DNA of 64,000 bases, from positions 32,001 through 96,000 of the IMG/VR virus record IMGVR_UViG_3300045988_167206; one strand, given 5' to 3'. The notes beneath the pieces are model-generated. The model worked only from the letters and a program-made list of their open reading frames with translations. It was not told the origin of the DNA and ran no database searches. The stretch is from a virus. Positions 43,001 through 52,900 of the stretch are shown one piece after another; within the stretch, counting starts at the first letter, position 1, and each line of letters begins with the position of its first letter. Both the position numbers and the translations under genes were made by a program.

Positions 43001-46000
43001 ACATAGTAAGCTCTCCGCTATTATTTATTCCCAAGCCTGTATCGTTATCGTAATCCCAAAAGTCAAATCTATAACCATTATTTATTGCTGCTTTAGAATT
43101 GTCTATTATATAGTATTGCGCCTTCTCGCCTGCTTCGGCTGCTTCAGATGCACTCATATAATGTTTAGCCCAATGAGGAAAGACATTTTTGGCTCTATTG
43201 TCTATCATTGTATATCTCAATGTGAATAAATATAAATATTCAGCAGCTTCTTCGATCATCCAATCTCCAAGATGAGCAACAAAATCTTCATCAGAAGAAG
43301 TAATAACAAATTCATAAAAATCGCGCCAGATTTGACGGTTATTTGTACGAATCTTTTCCTTTACTTCATCTGTAGAAATAGCAGTGCCGTCTTTAGAATC
43401 CCCACAACAATCATAGCGGAATTCAAACGAACCATCCCAATTATTGTAAAGGTTATCGTAAGCGGTATTGCCTGTTTTCCATTCTGTCTTTGTAATTGGA
43501 TATTTTATTGTTCCATCTGGATTTATTACGCCTGTCTGGAATGCTGAGTTCGGGAGAGTATTATCAGAAATTTCAATACAGAACTCTTTCATGTCATCTG
43601 GGTCGTAGGCTCTTGTAACGTCAGTCTTCTTAGAATCACCCATATTACCTAGAGAATAAAAATGCCAATCAGTATCTTGGAATTCTCTATGAGTAGAAAC
43701 ATCAGGATCACTCTCCTTAAGGAAGATCACACAATTAACAAACTCCATAGAGTTCTTGACTTTCGGATCTTTTCTTGTTGCCGGATTTGAATAAGGAAGA
43801 TAGTCATTAAATCGTTTTTGAAGTAATGCATTATTAGTCATTTCAGAAGAGGCCACATTTACCTTAAAGTTCCACCAGTTATTAGGAATTGAATTTCTTG
43901 TAAGAGATATCTTACCTGTTCCGTCAATAGTTTTACTTCCATCGCCAAGTTCAAGTATTGTCTTATAATCTGGATCTAATGTGATTTTGCTATTAACCTG
44001 ATGTTCTCCATCAAAGCAGCAAATAACATCAATATTTCTTGCAGCAAAACCATATTCATTAGAAGTTGTACCTTGTCCAGCATGATAACAATTCGTGAAT
44101 TTCCAGTTATCAAGCACAGGATCACCATTTGTGTAAATACATTGCATTGATGTATTTTTTACAAAATCTTTTTTATCATTTGTAAAGTGTGGTGCTTCAA
44201 TTTTAATAATCCTTAAATCCGGACACGCTTTTGCAACTGATTCAGGAGTGAGAGAATTGTTTTCATCATAAATTTGATTACGCTCAAATCTAGCAATCAT
44301 GTCATCTGCATCTCTTGCATCTGCAATGAAATTAGCGAGAATATCTGTATCTGTTAGAGAAGCAGAATATGCTTTCATTCTATAAATATGCACATCGCAA
44401 TCATCACAACCAATTGTAATTGGAAGCGGTTCATACTGATACAATCTATGTACGTCATTATAGATCATAGGTCTGCCACCGACACCATCTTCATAAGTCA
44501 TTATAATAGATGTCGCACCATCAGTTTTAGTATCAAGAGCATTTATATTAAACTCGTATTCAATAATATCTTCTTCACTGTATGGAAAATATAAACTGCT
44601 TGTTGAAGAATAGATATTTGCTTCATGTACATTCATTTCAAGACCAACAGGATTTGCATCTTTTTTATTGATACAAGATAGGAAAGTAGCGGAAGCATCA
44701 CGAACATTTGTAGTTTTGAATACAACTTTAAATTCAGAACCAGTCTGTTTTGGATCAATTCCAAAAAGATTATAATTAATTTTAACAGTTGTTCCGGCTT
44801 TTACACAAAAGTATTGGTTTCCATCTTTATCAATCTGATATCCACCATTTGACCAGTCAAAATTATCGGATACTGTCATTGCGATATTTGAATGATTTTT
44901 ATCAGACCAAAGTCTGTTTGTATCACTATTTGAATATCCAGTTGGATTAAAATCAAATTCAAGATTTGCAGTTACAGGCTCAACATCAATATCCAGCTTC
45001 TCAATATTTGCTTTAAGAATCTTTGTAACTTTTCGGCAGGAGATAGTCAAATCATGACTTCCAACATCTGAAGATTTATAACTCCAAGTCTGTACGGTAC
45101 GATTAACAGATAATGTAGATACAGTATTTCCATTTACAGCTAATTTTACTGTTGCAGGATTGTGATCAGGATCATATACAACATATGGAATATTTGTAGC
45201 ATGATACTGCTGAGTGGTAAATTCCTGCATTGCACAACCAATAATAGGAGTTCTTTCATCTGGATTAACCCAGATAATATCTTTAATGATTGTAGATGAT
45301 TGAATAGCCTGGTTATTTACAGTAGCTGTCATATATACTTTCAGTAAATGTGCGCCGTGAGATTGTTTGGTTAAAACATAAGACAACTGTCTACCAGAAG
45401 CAGTGGTGTTTACTGAATCTAATTCAACACCGTCAAGAATAAAGTGTACTGTCTTATTAATATTTCCATAAGGGATATATCTGAATGAGACTTCATCAGA
45501 ATAGAAGAGTGTATCATCAAAAGAACTCTCTAATTTAAAATCAACAATTGTGATTGTCCAAGTTTTTGTTGAAAGAGTACCAACACTATCAGTGATTGAT
45601 AATCTGATAGAATTTGTACCTGTTTTAAGAAATTCTGTAAGATCAATACTATTTCTACCTTGACCTACTGTAAGAGTAGACACAGTTGTATTATCAACTT
45701 TCCATACAGCTGTACCAATACCTGTGGAATCACCAACATTATCAACTGATGACCAAGTATATTCAATCACAGCTTTATTGCCAAGTAGGAAAATAGCATC
45801 GGCCGGAGTAACACGTTCAATTGTCATTGTAGAAGTAGTAGTTCCGCCGCCGCCTCCACCTTGAATCGTAAATGTTTTAACGGTTTCTCCATTTTCTTTC
45901 CAATAGAAAATGTTATCAGCATAATCAACATCATATTCAGTAGATGCCGGATTTTCTTCTAACTTTTTAACTCTTCCCTCTAAATTATCAAAATTTGTTC

Positions 46001-47333
46001 CTAGGCTATCAACGGCTTCTTTATTTCCGTCAACAGTCTGTTTCATGTTGTTGACTGTATTAGTTGCTTGAGACACATCTTCCTTGAGCTGTGGAATTTC
46101 TGCTACAGATGTTTTCAGCTTTCCAATAGCATCTTCATTGGTTTTAATTTTAGTATCACGAACTGTATCAGCTTCGTTTATTTTATCTAGAGAAGATGTT
46201 AGAACGGTAATTTTCTGTCCATTCTCAGCCTGTTGCTTTTGAATAGACTGAATACTATTGTTAATAGGAGTGATATTAGCAGCTATCCATTCAGTAGAAG
46301 GATCAATTGAACCAAGTTCAACAGAAGTAATAGGTTCTTCAATTCCTTTCTGATAAAAACTCAAAACACCTTTTCCATCAGAAGTAGTGTATTTTGCCTG
46401 CAATTTAGATAGGCTGTCAATATCAATTACTGTGTGAGCAATTTCTTTTTTACTATCTTTATATAACAGAGTAAGAGTCTGATTTGCTTTTATATAAGAA
46501 ATATCAAGATTTGCCAATCCATCCATATTATCTATGGCATTTCTAAGCAAAGAAATAGAATCATTAATACTTTTTTCTTGTGTATCAATTTCTGTTTTAG
46601 TGTAATAATTTATTAGAGAAGATGTATTATTGATCTCATCTCTGATTTCACTCATAACAGATTCTTTGATGTTATTCAGCTTTTCATTGACTTCAGTAGC
46701 TGCATTTTTAGCTTCAGTAGCAGCTTTTTTTGCTTCCTTTGTGTATTCTATAACTTTCTTTTCAAAAGAAGTCATCCATCCAGAATCCGAAGGCTCGATT
46801 GCTCCATTAATATCAATACCCTGTAAAATATTAATTTTTCCATTAGGTCTCGTGCTCCATGCATAAATCAGATTATCAACTTGTCCTGTTGCACGAATTT
46901 CAAATATATATTCACCTGGTGATCTGGTAAGTTTATCATCAATTAACCACCCAAAACAAATATATTGACTATTACGTTTTACATTGACAATGGAATATTC
47001 TCCAGGAGTTCCACCAGTTAATTTATCACTATAACGAATACAAATCGTCATTTCGGATAAATCAATACCATCATAGTATCTTGGAATTTTGAATGGTATG
47101 TACTGACTGTTTGATTCTTGCGTAATATTGATCTGCGAAGAATCCATCGTAATATTTTTATTTTCATCTACAGTAGAATATTTTTCGTCATTATATTGGT
47201 TATATTGATCATAGCCGGATACAATCTCATAATCATCTCCTGCATATACAGCTACACCATTATCATCTGAAGCAAGCGTCATTGCTTCAAATGATGTAGC
47301 CATAGCTTTTCTTTTTGCGTCTTTAAATGACAT
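40020..47333 (-). CDS. Giant multidomain baseplate/receptor-binding protein (2437 aa): BppU_N-like, coiled coil, three Ig-like modules, CotH-like, LRR-like, LamG-like, C-terminal domain
   Basis: N-terminal BppU-like segment. A coiled coil over roughly aa 190-470. Gly5 then repeated beta-rich modules. MIDNRAKNVFPHW...FDFWDYDNDTGLG (CotH kinase-like) at about 43.0-43.2 kb. LRR-like LxxLxLxxN repeats at about 41.95-42.42 kb. FDGTNYIDT...FRLWY (LamG-like) at about 40.85-41.15 kb. Confidence 0.8.
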   Translation of the reverse strand: MSFKDAKRKAMATSFEAMTLASDDNGVAVYAGDDYEIVSGYDQYNQYNDEKYSTVDENKNITMDSSQINITQESNSQYIPFKIPRYYDGIDLSEMTICIRYSDKLTGGTPGEYSIVNVKRNSQYICFGWLIDDKLTRSPGEYIFEIRATGQVDNLIYAWSTRPNGKINILQGIDINGAIEPSDSGWMTSFEKKVIEYTKEAKKAATEAKNAATEVNEKLNNIKESVMSEIRDEINNTSSLINYYTKTEIDTQEKSINDSISLLRNAIDNMDGLANLDISYIKANQTLTLLYKDSKKEIAHTVIDIDSLSKLQAKYTTSDGKGVLSFYQKGIEEPITSVELGSIDPSTEWIAANITPINNSIQSIQKQQAENGQKITVLTSSLDKINEADTVRDTKIKTNEDAIGKLKTSVAEIPQLKEDVSQATNTVNNMKQTVDGNKEAVDSLGTNFDNLEGRVKKLEENPASTEYDVDYADNIFYWKENGETVKTFTIQGGGGGGTTTSTMTIERVTPADAIFLLGNKAVIEYTWSSVDNVGDSTGIGTAVWKVDNTTVSTLTVGQGRNSIDLTEFLKTGTNSIRLSITDSVGTLSTKTWTITIVDFKLESSFDDTLFYSDEVSFRYIPYGNINKTVHFILDGVELDSVNTTASGRQLSYVLTKQSHGAHLLKVYMTATVNNQAIQSSTIIKDIIWVNPDERTPIIGCAMQEFTTQQYHATNIPYVVYDPDHNPATVKLAVNGNTVSTLSVNRTVQTWSYKSSDVGSHDLTISCRKVTKILKANIEKLDIDVEPVTANLEFDFNPTGYSNSDTNRLWSDKNHSNIAMTVSDNFDWSNGGYQIDKDGNQYFCVKAGTTVKINYNLFGIDPKQTGSEFKVVFKTTNVRDASATFLSCINKKDANPVGLEMNVHEANIYSSTSSLYFPYSEEDIIEYEFNINALDTKTDGATSIIMTYEDGVGGRPMIYNDVHRLYQYEPLPITIGCDDCDVHIYRMKAYSASLTDTDILANFIADARDADDMIARFERNQIYDENNSLTPESVAKACPDLRIIKIEAPHFTNDKKDFVKNTSMQCIYTNGDPVLDNWKFTNCYHAGQGTTSNEYGFAARNIDVICCFDGEHQVNSKITLDPDYKTILELGDGSKTIDGTGKISLTRNSIPNNWWNFKVNVASSEMTNNALLQKRFNDYLPYSNPATRKDPKVKNSMEFVNCVIFLKESDPDVSTHREFQDTDWHFYSLGNMGDSKKTDVTRAYDPDDMKEFCIEISDNTLPNSAFQTGVINPDGTIKYPITKTEWKTGNTAYDNLYNNWDGSFEFRYDCCGDSKDGTAISTDEVKEKIRTNNRQIWRDFYEFVITSSDEDFVAHLGDWMIEEAAEYLYLFTLRYTMIDNRAKNVFPHWAKHYMSASEAAEAGEKAQYYIIDNSKAAINNGYRFDFWDYDNDTGLGINNSGELTMSYGKEDTDYKTDRNPSSGYIFNAAESVLWCRIRDLMQPQLRNLYQSVNANCWSDTHLINEFDTWQEMFPEELWRLHYERLYLRTYQAGTIRFLQEMMNGRKKYQRRQWERDQHAYMGTKFVHTDVKSDQIMFRCNTPKEAVVKPDYTLRIVPYSDMYISVLYGNSANPTQVRAKAGQEYEITTNLTNMDDTAVLIYCASRIQALNNLSACYIHDNDFSKASKLKTLIIGNDTEGYQNSFLTNLNMGNNVLLEELDVQNCPNLTGSINLSACENLLKLNASGTIISSVSFATHGKITHAYLPATINTLTFKDLQNLTDLVIPSYENLETFICRNSKIDALSIIKKAIKSLKTVTVTGINWNLDNTDILKVLAKLSGKDENEFNTDHSVLTGTIHIPVIRDQELKEYIGTDEQKGIWSNLEVSYDSLIVQYKITCVNADEAHTVLDIQYVDKGADGEDPLTRSLNPIKTPTIPSTVENDFVFKRWDSAFTKIFADRVITAVYDPVIRNYTVEYILKPTLNASETVLQSSTGPFGSTIEYEGETPRYTAEESAFKYYLFKEWDKSGLVTGNKKIYTVFDSCEYTTGYFDGKDLGNLSEVELYTMMKMSLEKEKTKEADTLNFKLGVDYNYDDVESKEFISETTEFDGTNYIDTNTTIMDIDRDFTFAIDFEFDAGNTSGATLAQCFQSNGSNGFRLWYSSNVNLNWGTKSTNPAGIADRELVVIRHKAGSEQAYIYCSNLTGNEVSTTTLSAIRIPVIPSTLVFGCSKADDGEYEKYAKGKIHWAKLWYADLGDGECKDIAAWVHETIPMMVAKYKEYYLSDNTTKRANITFIGKNLLSANCAYGNISGGWAKSSLNSWLNTRLPKAIPPLWKSLIKKVNVIANNADKAKTTSTSECYFYIPSVYEIDPTISGEPYSIETDSTISFMTSDFVRRRAKVSTPNIYEAYPTRSADVDQSPGTWLYGVDGGDDTPGRINGYYYPQTAGVLIMFSISCEG

Positions 47334-47344
47334 TTGCTTCCTCC

Positions 47345-48067
47345 TTATTTCAATAATTTATCTAAATTGATCATCTGCATACTTGGCACTTGGTCAAGAT
47401 TTATAACACCATCCTGTACTCCGTCAGGATCTTTTCCTGTAAGATCTTCTGCAATAAGAGCAGAAAGATCATTAATTTCAATACCCTCTCCAGTATCTCT
47501 TCCATCTCTGTCAGTTAAAATAACTTTTTTATCATCAGTATTAATATGAATATCTTGAACCATTCTATTATAAGCATCTTCGGTCATAGACATCATATTT
47601 TTTTGAAGAGCTTCCATGACAAGCAGTCTTTGATCAATTTCATCAAGCATTTCATTTGGTTCAAATTTAGCAAAAGCAGCAAGAGGGGAAACATGGATGG
47701 TTCCAGACTGAGTTTTACGAACATAAGAAGTAGTAGAATCATCTTCGTTAGATACTAATTTAAGAAAGGTAAACGACACTTCAATATCACCGGCTTCAGC
47801 TGTTAAATGTGCTGATGCAGGAATCAAATATTGTATATAATCATTTTCATACATTAAGTTATTCGGAGTAAGTTGAATCATTTTAATTTTCCTAGTTATT
47901 GGAAGTACATATCTCATATATACCGTACAATCTGACATATCAATTTGTTCTCTATATAATTTTGCAACCACAATTTGTATATCATCCACATAACTACTTC
48001 GTTCAATAATTTTTTCTTTCACAGTAGTTATAACAGTATTTTCATCTGTAATTTTTAATGTGTACAT
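47345..48067 (-). CDS. Baseplate upper protein-like (BppU_N-type) protein
   Basis: VDDIQIVVAKLYREQIDMSDCTVYMRYVLPITRK...LTAEAGDIEVSFTF resembles the BppU N-terminal Ig-like domain. Adjacent to the giant RBP. Confidence 0.5.
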   Translation of the reverse strand: MYTLKITDENTVITTVKEKIIERSSYVDDIQIVVAKLYREQIDMSDCTVYMRYVLPITRKIKMIQLTPNNLMYENDYIQYLIPASAHLTAEAGDIEVSFTFLKLVSNEDDSTTSYVRKTQSGTIHVSPLAAFAKFEPNEMLDEIDQRLLVMEALQKNMMSMTEDAYNRMVQDIHINTDDKKVILTDRDGRDTGEGIEINDLSALIAEDLTGKDPDGVQDGVINLDQVPSMQMINLDKLLK

Positions 48068-48090
48068 TGCATTCTCCTTTCTGCTTTTAT

Positions 48091-49050
48091 TTAAGGCGAT
48101 ATTATTGGCTGGTCCTTGGAATCTGCATCTGCAATTATGACAGAAAATTCATTTGTACTAATATACCCTGTGATCGGAGTAATATCTTCCCATTTTGACC
48201 ATTGTGAGCAAGTGGAATCTTGATAAAAAACGCGTCTAAATATATAATATTCTTGCCTAGAGATGGTATTACTATTATCATTAAGTGGGATAACATATAG
48301 AGTTTGAAAAATAAATATTCCATTAAAATTATCATCAGCAATCAATAGTTTTTTTACATCCCCATATTGAATTGAATTTGCAATATCTTTGGATTGAGGT
48401 CCATTTTGAATATCACCGTTAAAAGTTGCTGCATAATACCAGCCAGAAGAATGTTTATTGTCAGCATTATTAAGTATTTCATCAGAAAAAACATTCCAAT
48501 CAGTTATTAATTCTATACCTACACCAGAAATGCCTATTTTTTCCTGAAGTTCATAAATATTGCTCATAGCAGAATTTATATTTGTTTCATTGTTTTTTAT
48601 TAAAACTTTTATATTATTGATATTTTCTTGATGAGCAACTTTGGTTTCATAATTATCTATAATTGATTTATCTAATTTATTTTCTTCAAGTTTTTTTAAT
48701 CTGTTGCCGATATCAGTCTGTTTTTTTTCCCCTAATAAAACTGTCGTATCGTCTAAATCATCTAAAATTTGATTTTCATACAAAACTTTATAAAGAGCAT
48801 TAATTAAGGCTTCATGAGAAATATTAGTGTTGATTATTTGATTTAATTGCTCTCCAACAGCACCAGCATCAGCGATAGAACCTTTTGATTTAATCGGATC
48901 TAATATCATATCCAATGTAGGGCGATGAGAGAGTGTGCGATAATCAATTGGAGCATAACCGCCTTGAATTTGAACAACTTGTATACAGTTATTATCTGTA
49001 TTTATGTCTTCACCGCAATCGGTAGTATTATTTACTTCATTTTCAGCCAT
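48091..49050 (-). CDS. Structural-module hypothetical protein (319 aa)
   Basis: Start set to MAENEV after GAAAGGAAAGGTGA. Central coiled coil. Confidence 0.55.
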   Translation of the reverse strand: MAENEVNNTTDCGEDINTDNNCIQVVQIQGGYAPIDYRTLSHRPTLDMILDPIKSKGSIADAGAVGEQLNQIINTNISHEALINALYKVLYENQILDDLDDTTVLLGEKKQTDIGNRLKKLEENKLDKSIIDNYETKVAHQENINNIKVLIKNNETNINSAMSNIYELQEKIGISGVGIELITDWNVFSDEILNNADNKHSSGWYYAATFNGDIQNGPQSKDIANSIQYGDVKKLLIADDNFNGIFIFQTLYVIPLNDNSNTISRQEYYIFRRVFYQDSTCSQWSKWEDITPITGYISTNEFSVIIADADSKDQPIISP

Positions 49051-49105
49051 TTTTTCACCTTTCCTTTCATATAAAGAAAAGGCCATATAAAATGACCTTT
49101 TCAAA

Positions 49106-49549
49106 TTATTTCATTTGCCATATTATTTTTCCAAAAATTTTATAATATGGCTTTATCTCAGGTTTATAACTAAATATGTGACAATCTATCCAATCCATTA
49201 ATGGGATTACCCATGCAGCTATAAACATCCATAATAATGAAAACGGCAAACATATCATTCCGTCAATATTGTATGGCATATTACGATAGTCCCAAATGTG
49301 ATAATTTGTATTGAAAATAATTCCAAATATATACTCAACAAAAGTTGCAAATATTGTGCATAAAATAAGCTGTAATAAAAAATCAACCTCATATGTAAAA
49401 ATATTATTTAAATAAATCATTGGAATTACACAAATGGATGCACAGAACATCATAGTAATATCCGATCTGCCTCTAAATAAAAGTTCTATACATACATAAA
49501 TATATCCCGAAAATGTTAGAAGCAATAAATATTTTATAAAATTCTTCAT
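49106..49549 (-). CDS. Polytopic membrane protein (147 aa, about four TM helices)
   Basis: LLLLTFSGYIYVCIELLF, MMFCASICVIPMIYL, LLQLILCTIFATFVEYIFGIIF and LPFSLLWMFIAAWVIPLM. Confidence 0.65.
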   Translation of the reverse strand: MKNFIKYLLLLTFSGYIYVCIELLFRGRSDITMMFCASICVIPMIYLNNIFTYEVDFLLQLILCTIFATFVEYIFGIIFNTNYHIWDYRNMPYNIDGMICLPFSLLWMFIAAWVIPLMDWIDCHIFSYKPEIKPYYKIFGKIIWQMK

Positions 49550-49558
49550 AAAATCATC

Positions 49559-49966
49559 CTATTCTTGAATAATAGTTTCATTTTTTTTATCATGCTTAAC
49601 TAAAAAATCTTCAATAATAGCATATTGATTTGGTGTTGCTGTTTCACAATATGGCAACTCAAAATCATTTTTAGATATCTGAAATAAATTTACATCAATT
49701 TTTGCATTAGAGATAGGAGTGATTTCTTGAGTAAATTTTTCAATAGATTCAGAGTCATTTGGATCAATATAATAACCATCAGAATTTTTTTTTCCATATT
49801 TTTTAATCGCTGCATCAACAGCCTTTTGATAATCTTTTAAGTCATTTGATAAAATGCGGATGTTTTTATAAATTGCATAACCGGTTAAACCAACTGCTTC
49901 ATTTGTAAAACCAGGCTGATTAAGTGCATCAAATAAAATCTTAATTACTGTATTTGTCATTTCCAT
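49559..49966 (-). CDS. Hypothetical protein (135 aa)
   Basis: ORF with RBS AAGGAGA, downstream of Tal. Confidence 0.55.
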   Translation of the reverse strand: MEMTNTVIKILFDALNQPGFTNEAVGLTGYAIYKNIRILSNDLKDYQKAVDAAIKKYGKKNSDGYYIDPNDSESIEKFTQEITPISNAKIDVNLFQISKNDFELPYCETATPNQYAIIEDFLVKHDKKNETIIQE

Positions 49967-49981
49967 ATTATGATTCTCCTT

Positions 49982-52900
49982 TTATTCTGTTTGTAAATTT
50001 AATTTGTTCTGCAGATCATTGATTTGCGTTTGTAACAATTCGATTTTTTCTATTATTTCTGCATGAGTATGGCAATCTCGAATTTTTTCAGAAGCGGCAT
50101 CACTTATATTATTTATTTCGGATAGTGACGAAATATTTGTATCTCCAGTTAAAATAATATTATCTGCTTGAATTGAAATATCCGATGTGTTATTTGTGTA
50201 TTTTTTTAATCCAATACATGGATTTTCTAAAGAATACATTTGCAGTCGCAGTGTTTCATAAGAATCAGTCATAGCCGTTTCAAAAATAGTTAGTGGATTA
50301 TTAGTGTTGATTTTATACAAATTACATATAAATTCACCACCAGATAATTTAGTAAATGTAGAATTTAGTAAGTTTGCCGCATCAAAAGTAGTATTATAAA
50401 TGGTAATATCTTTGAAATTATCTTTTGAAAATAAAGAAGCAATGTTTTTAGGTGTGATAAATTTTTTACCAATTAAATCGGAAGTTAAATAGTTTTGATC
50501 AATGGCTTGAATAAAACCACATTTAAAATCTAACGAATTAAATTGCTCTTTATTAGAAGATAAAAATTGAGAAATAACATTATTTATATCTATATCAGAT
50601 ATAGATCCGCTAGAAGAAGTAACGGTATTAGATACTTTAGATGTAAAAAATGGATTTGAAAATAAACGTTGTACGACATCCGCGCTTATTACATAACTTG
50701 ATGAATCGGAAGATTTCTGAACTCCTTGTACAGATCCTCCATCATGATTACTTTGATTCATTGCAACATTTAATAAATTATTATAATCTACACGCCGAGA
50801 CTTGTATTGAATGCTATTTGAAAAAGTAATAGACATTTGCTCGTTTAAATCCATAGGATTATATTGTATTTTTATTACTCTTAATTTTACATAAATCTCA
50901 TCGTCTAGACCAAGATAGATATAATCATTTACGTTTAGTTTATCGTGATATAATTTAAACTCTGGCAGAGCATATATATTTTCAATTGTATCTGAATATG
51001 TATATTGCGGATGAGATTCGATATATAATTCTTCTTTTGCATCATTAAATAATTGAAAACTTTTTTCAACAGCAGTAGAAGTATCATCTATAGATGTTAT
51101 TATAATATTTTCATTAGAATAAGAAGCTTGTGTATATAAATGCTGAATAATCTGCTTTTCTTCATCTGTAAAAGGTTCAGATCCAGACAGTATATTATCA
51201 AAGTTTTTTTTACCCCAATTATCCAAATCAACATCGGCAATTAATTCTTTTCTTTTAGACAAACACCCGGATAGTCCATTACAATAACCAATAATATCCA
51301 ATTCAATATATTCAGGATTTCCATGATCGTCATTTTTTATTTTTCCATTTTCATCAAAAACTTTTACTTTTACTTTAAATGGATCAGTAATGGTGAATTC
51401 AAAATCAGCAGACTCTGGTTTTCTCCCTTCGCTTATATAGTCATATTCAGCTTGACGTTGATTTAATGCCGATTCTGCCCGCTTTTTTAATTCGATATAA
51501 TCGCAATAACTCTGATGCATTTGATATCCATATTCTTCTTTATATCCTGCACTTGTTATATATTTATATCCTTCACCAAAACCATTTTTTTTTAATTCAT
51601 CAATACAATTTTGGTAAGTATTAATTTTCACCTTTAATTCATCTATACCATAAAGCTTCCAATTAATCTCATATGCTTTTAACACAGTTTCTGGTTGGAT
51701 ATAATATCCAAATGTTGGATTAAATTCAGATATCTCAGTATTATCACCATTATATTTTTCTAACTGCATTCCACAGATTTTAACACCTAATCGAGCAGTA
51801 AAAGCAATATTAATCATATTACTATTAATTACTTTATCTGTTCCAGTTTTTATAATCCCTTTTACAAGCTGCCAAGTATTCGAAGTTTCATCTATAACAC
51901 TGTCCAAAACTATAAAATCATCTCCAATGTTTCCACAGTGTAATTGAAATTCTCCTCTAAAACCACTTGAAGATGGTGCGTCATACATAATATAGCAGCT
52001 CAAAATATAAGTTTCGCCTAACTCAATAGGGATTTTTCGCTGCGTTATTCCAAACCGGCCATGAGACGGATTATCTAACAGTGTTTTTGGTATAAAATGA
52101 ATACCTCTTGTAATACCACTAGGAAGACTGCTAGAATCAACATCAAATAATTCAAAATTATTAGCATATTCAGGATATAACATTTCCCAAGAAGTATTTA
52201 GAATTACTGGATTAGAATTCGAAAGTAAATTACCAGTTCCAGAAGGAAAAAATTTCCATTTTTCCATTTCTTCTTCTGTATAATGGTGATTTGATATACG
52301 ATATTGCATTGCAGCAGTAATTTCTGGAATGGTATAATTTTTAATAGATTGATACAAACTCCAATCTTCTTTATTTTTTTTTAATGCATTTATGTCGAAA
52401 TTATTATTATCATCTACATATAATGCTCTCAATCCCATAAGAATAGCAGAATTAGACGTGTAAGCAGATTGTAAAGTATCCATATCACAGTCGGTCCAAG
52501 TATTCTGCACAGAATCTATAGGAACTCTATTAGTCAATTCTGTCAGTTTTTCATTAATAGCATTATAACATTGAGAATAACGAACATATTCTAATCTATG
52601 ATCTTCTTTGTATTTTATATAAGCTCTGTATTTTTCTATAAGAGTATTATCCATGTAAGGCTCTCGTTCAAAATGAGAAAGATCAGTCATTACATTTGAT
52701 GCGTAATTAACTGCAGCTACATCATAGTCTTCTAAACCTTCTACATAAAATTGTGTTATGAGAGAGTCGTCTCTTGAAGTGGTAACATTATTTTGAATAT
52801 TTCTAAAACCTAAAAATATACCTGTATCAACACCAAGGGTTTCAGGACGATATACATTAATTGTCATATTGATAGTATCAAATTCAAAAACGCATCTACA

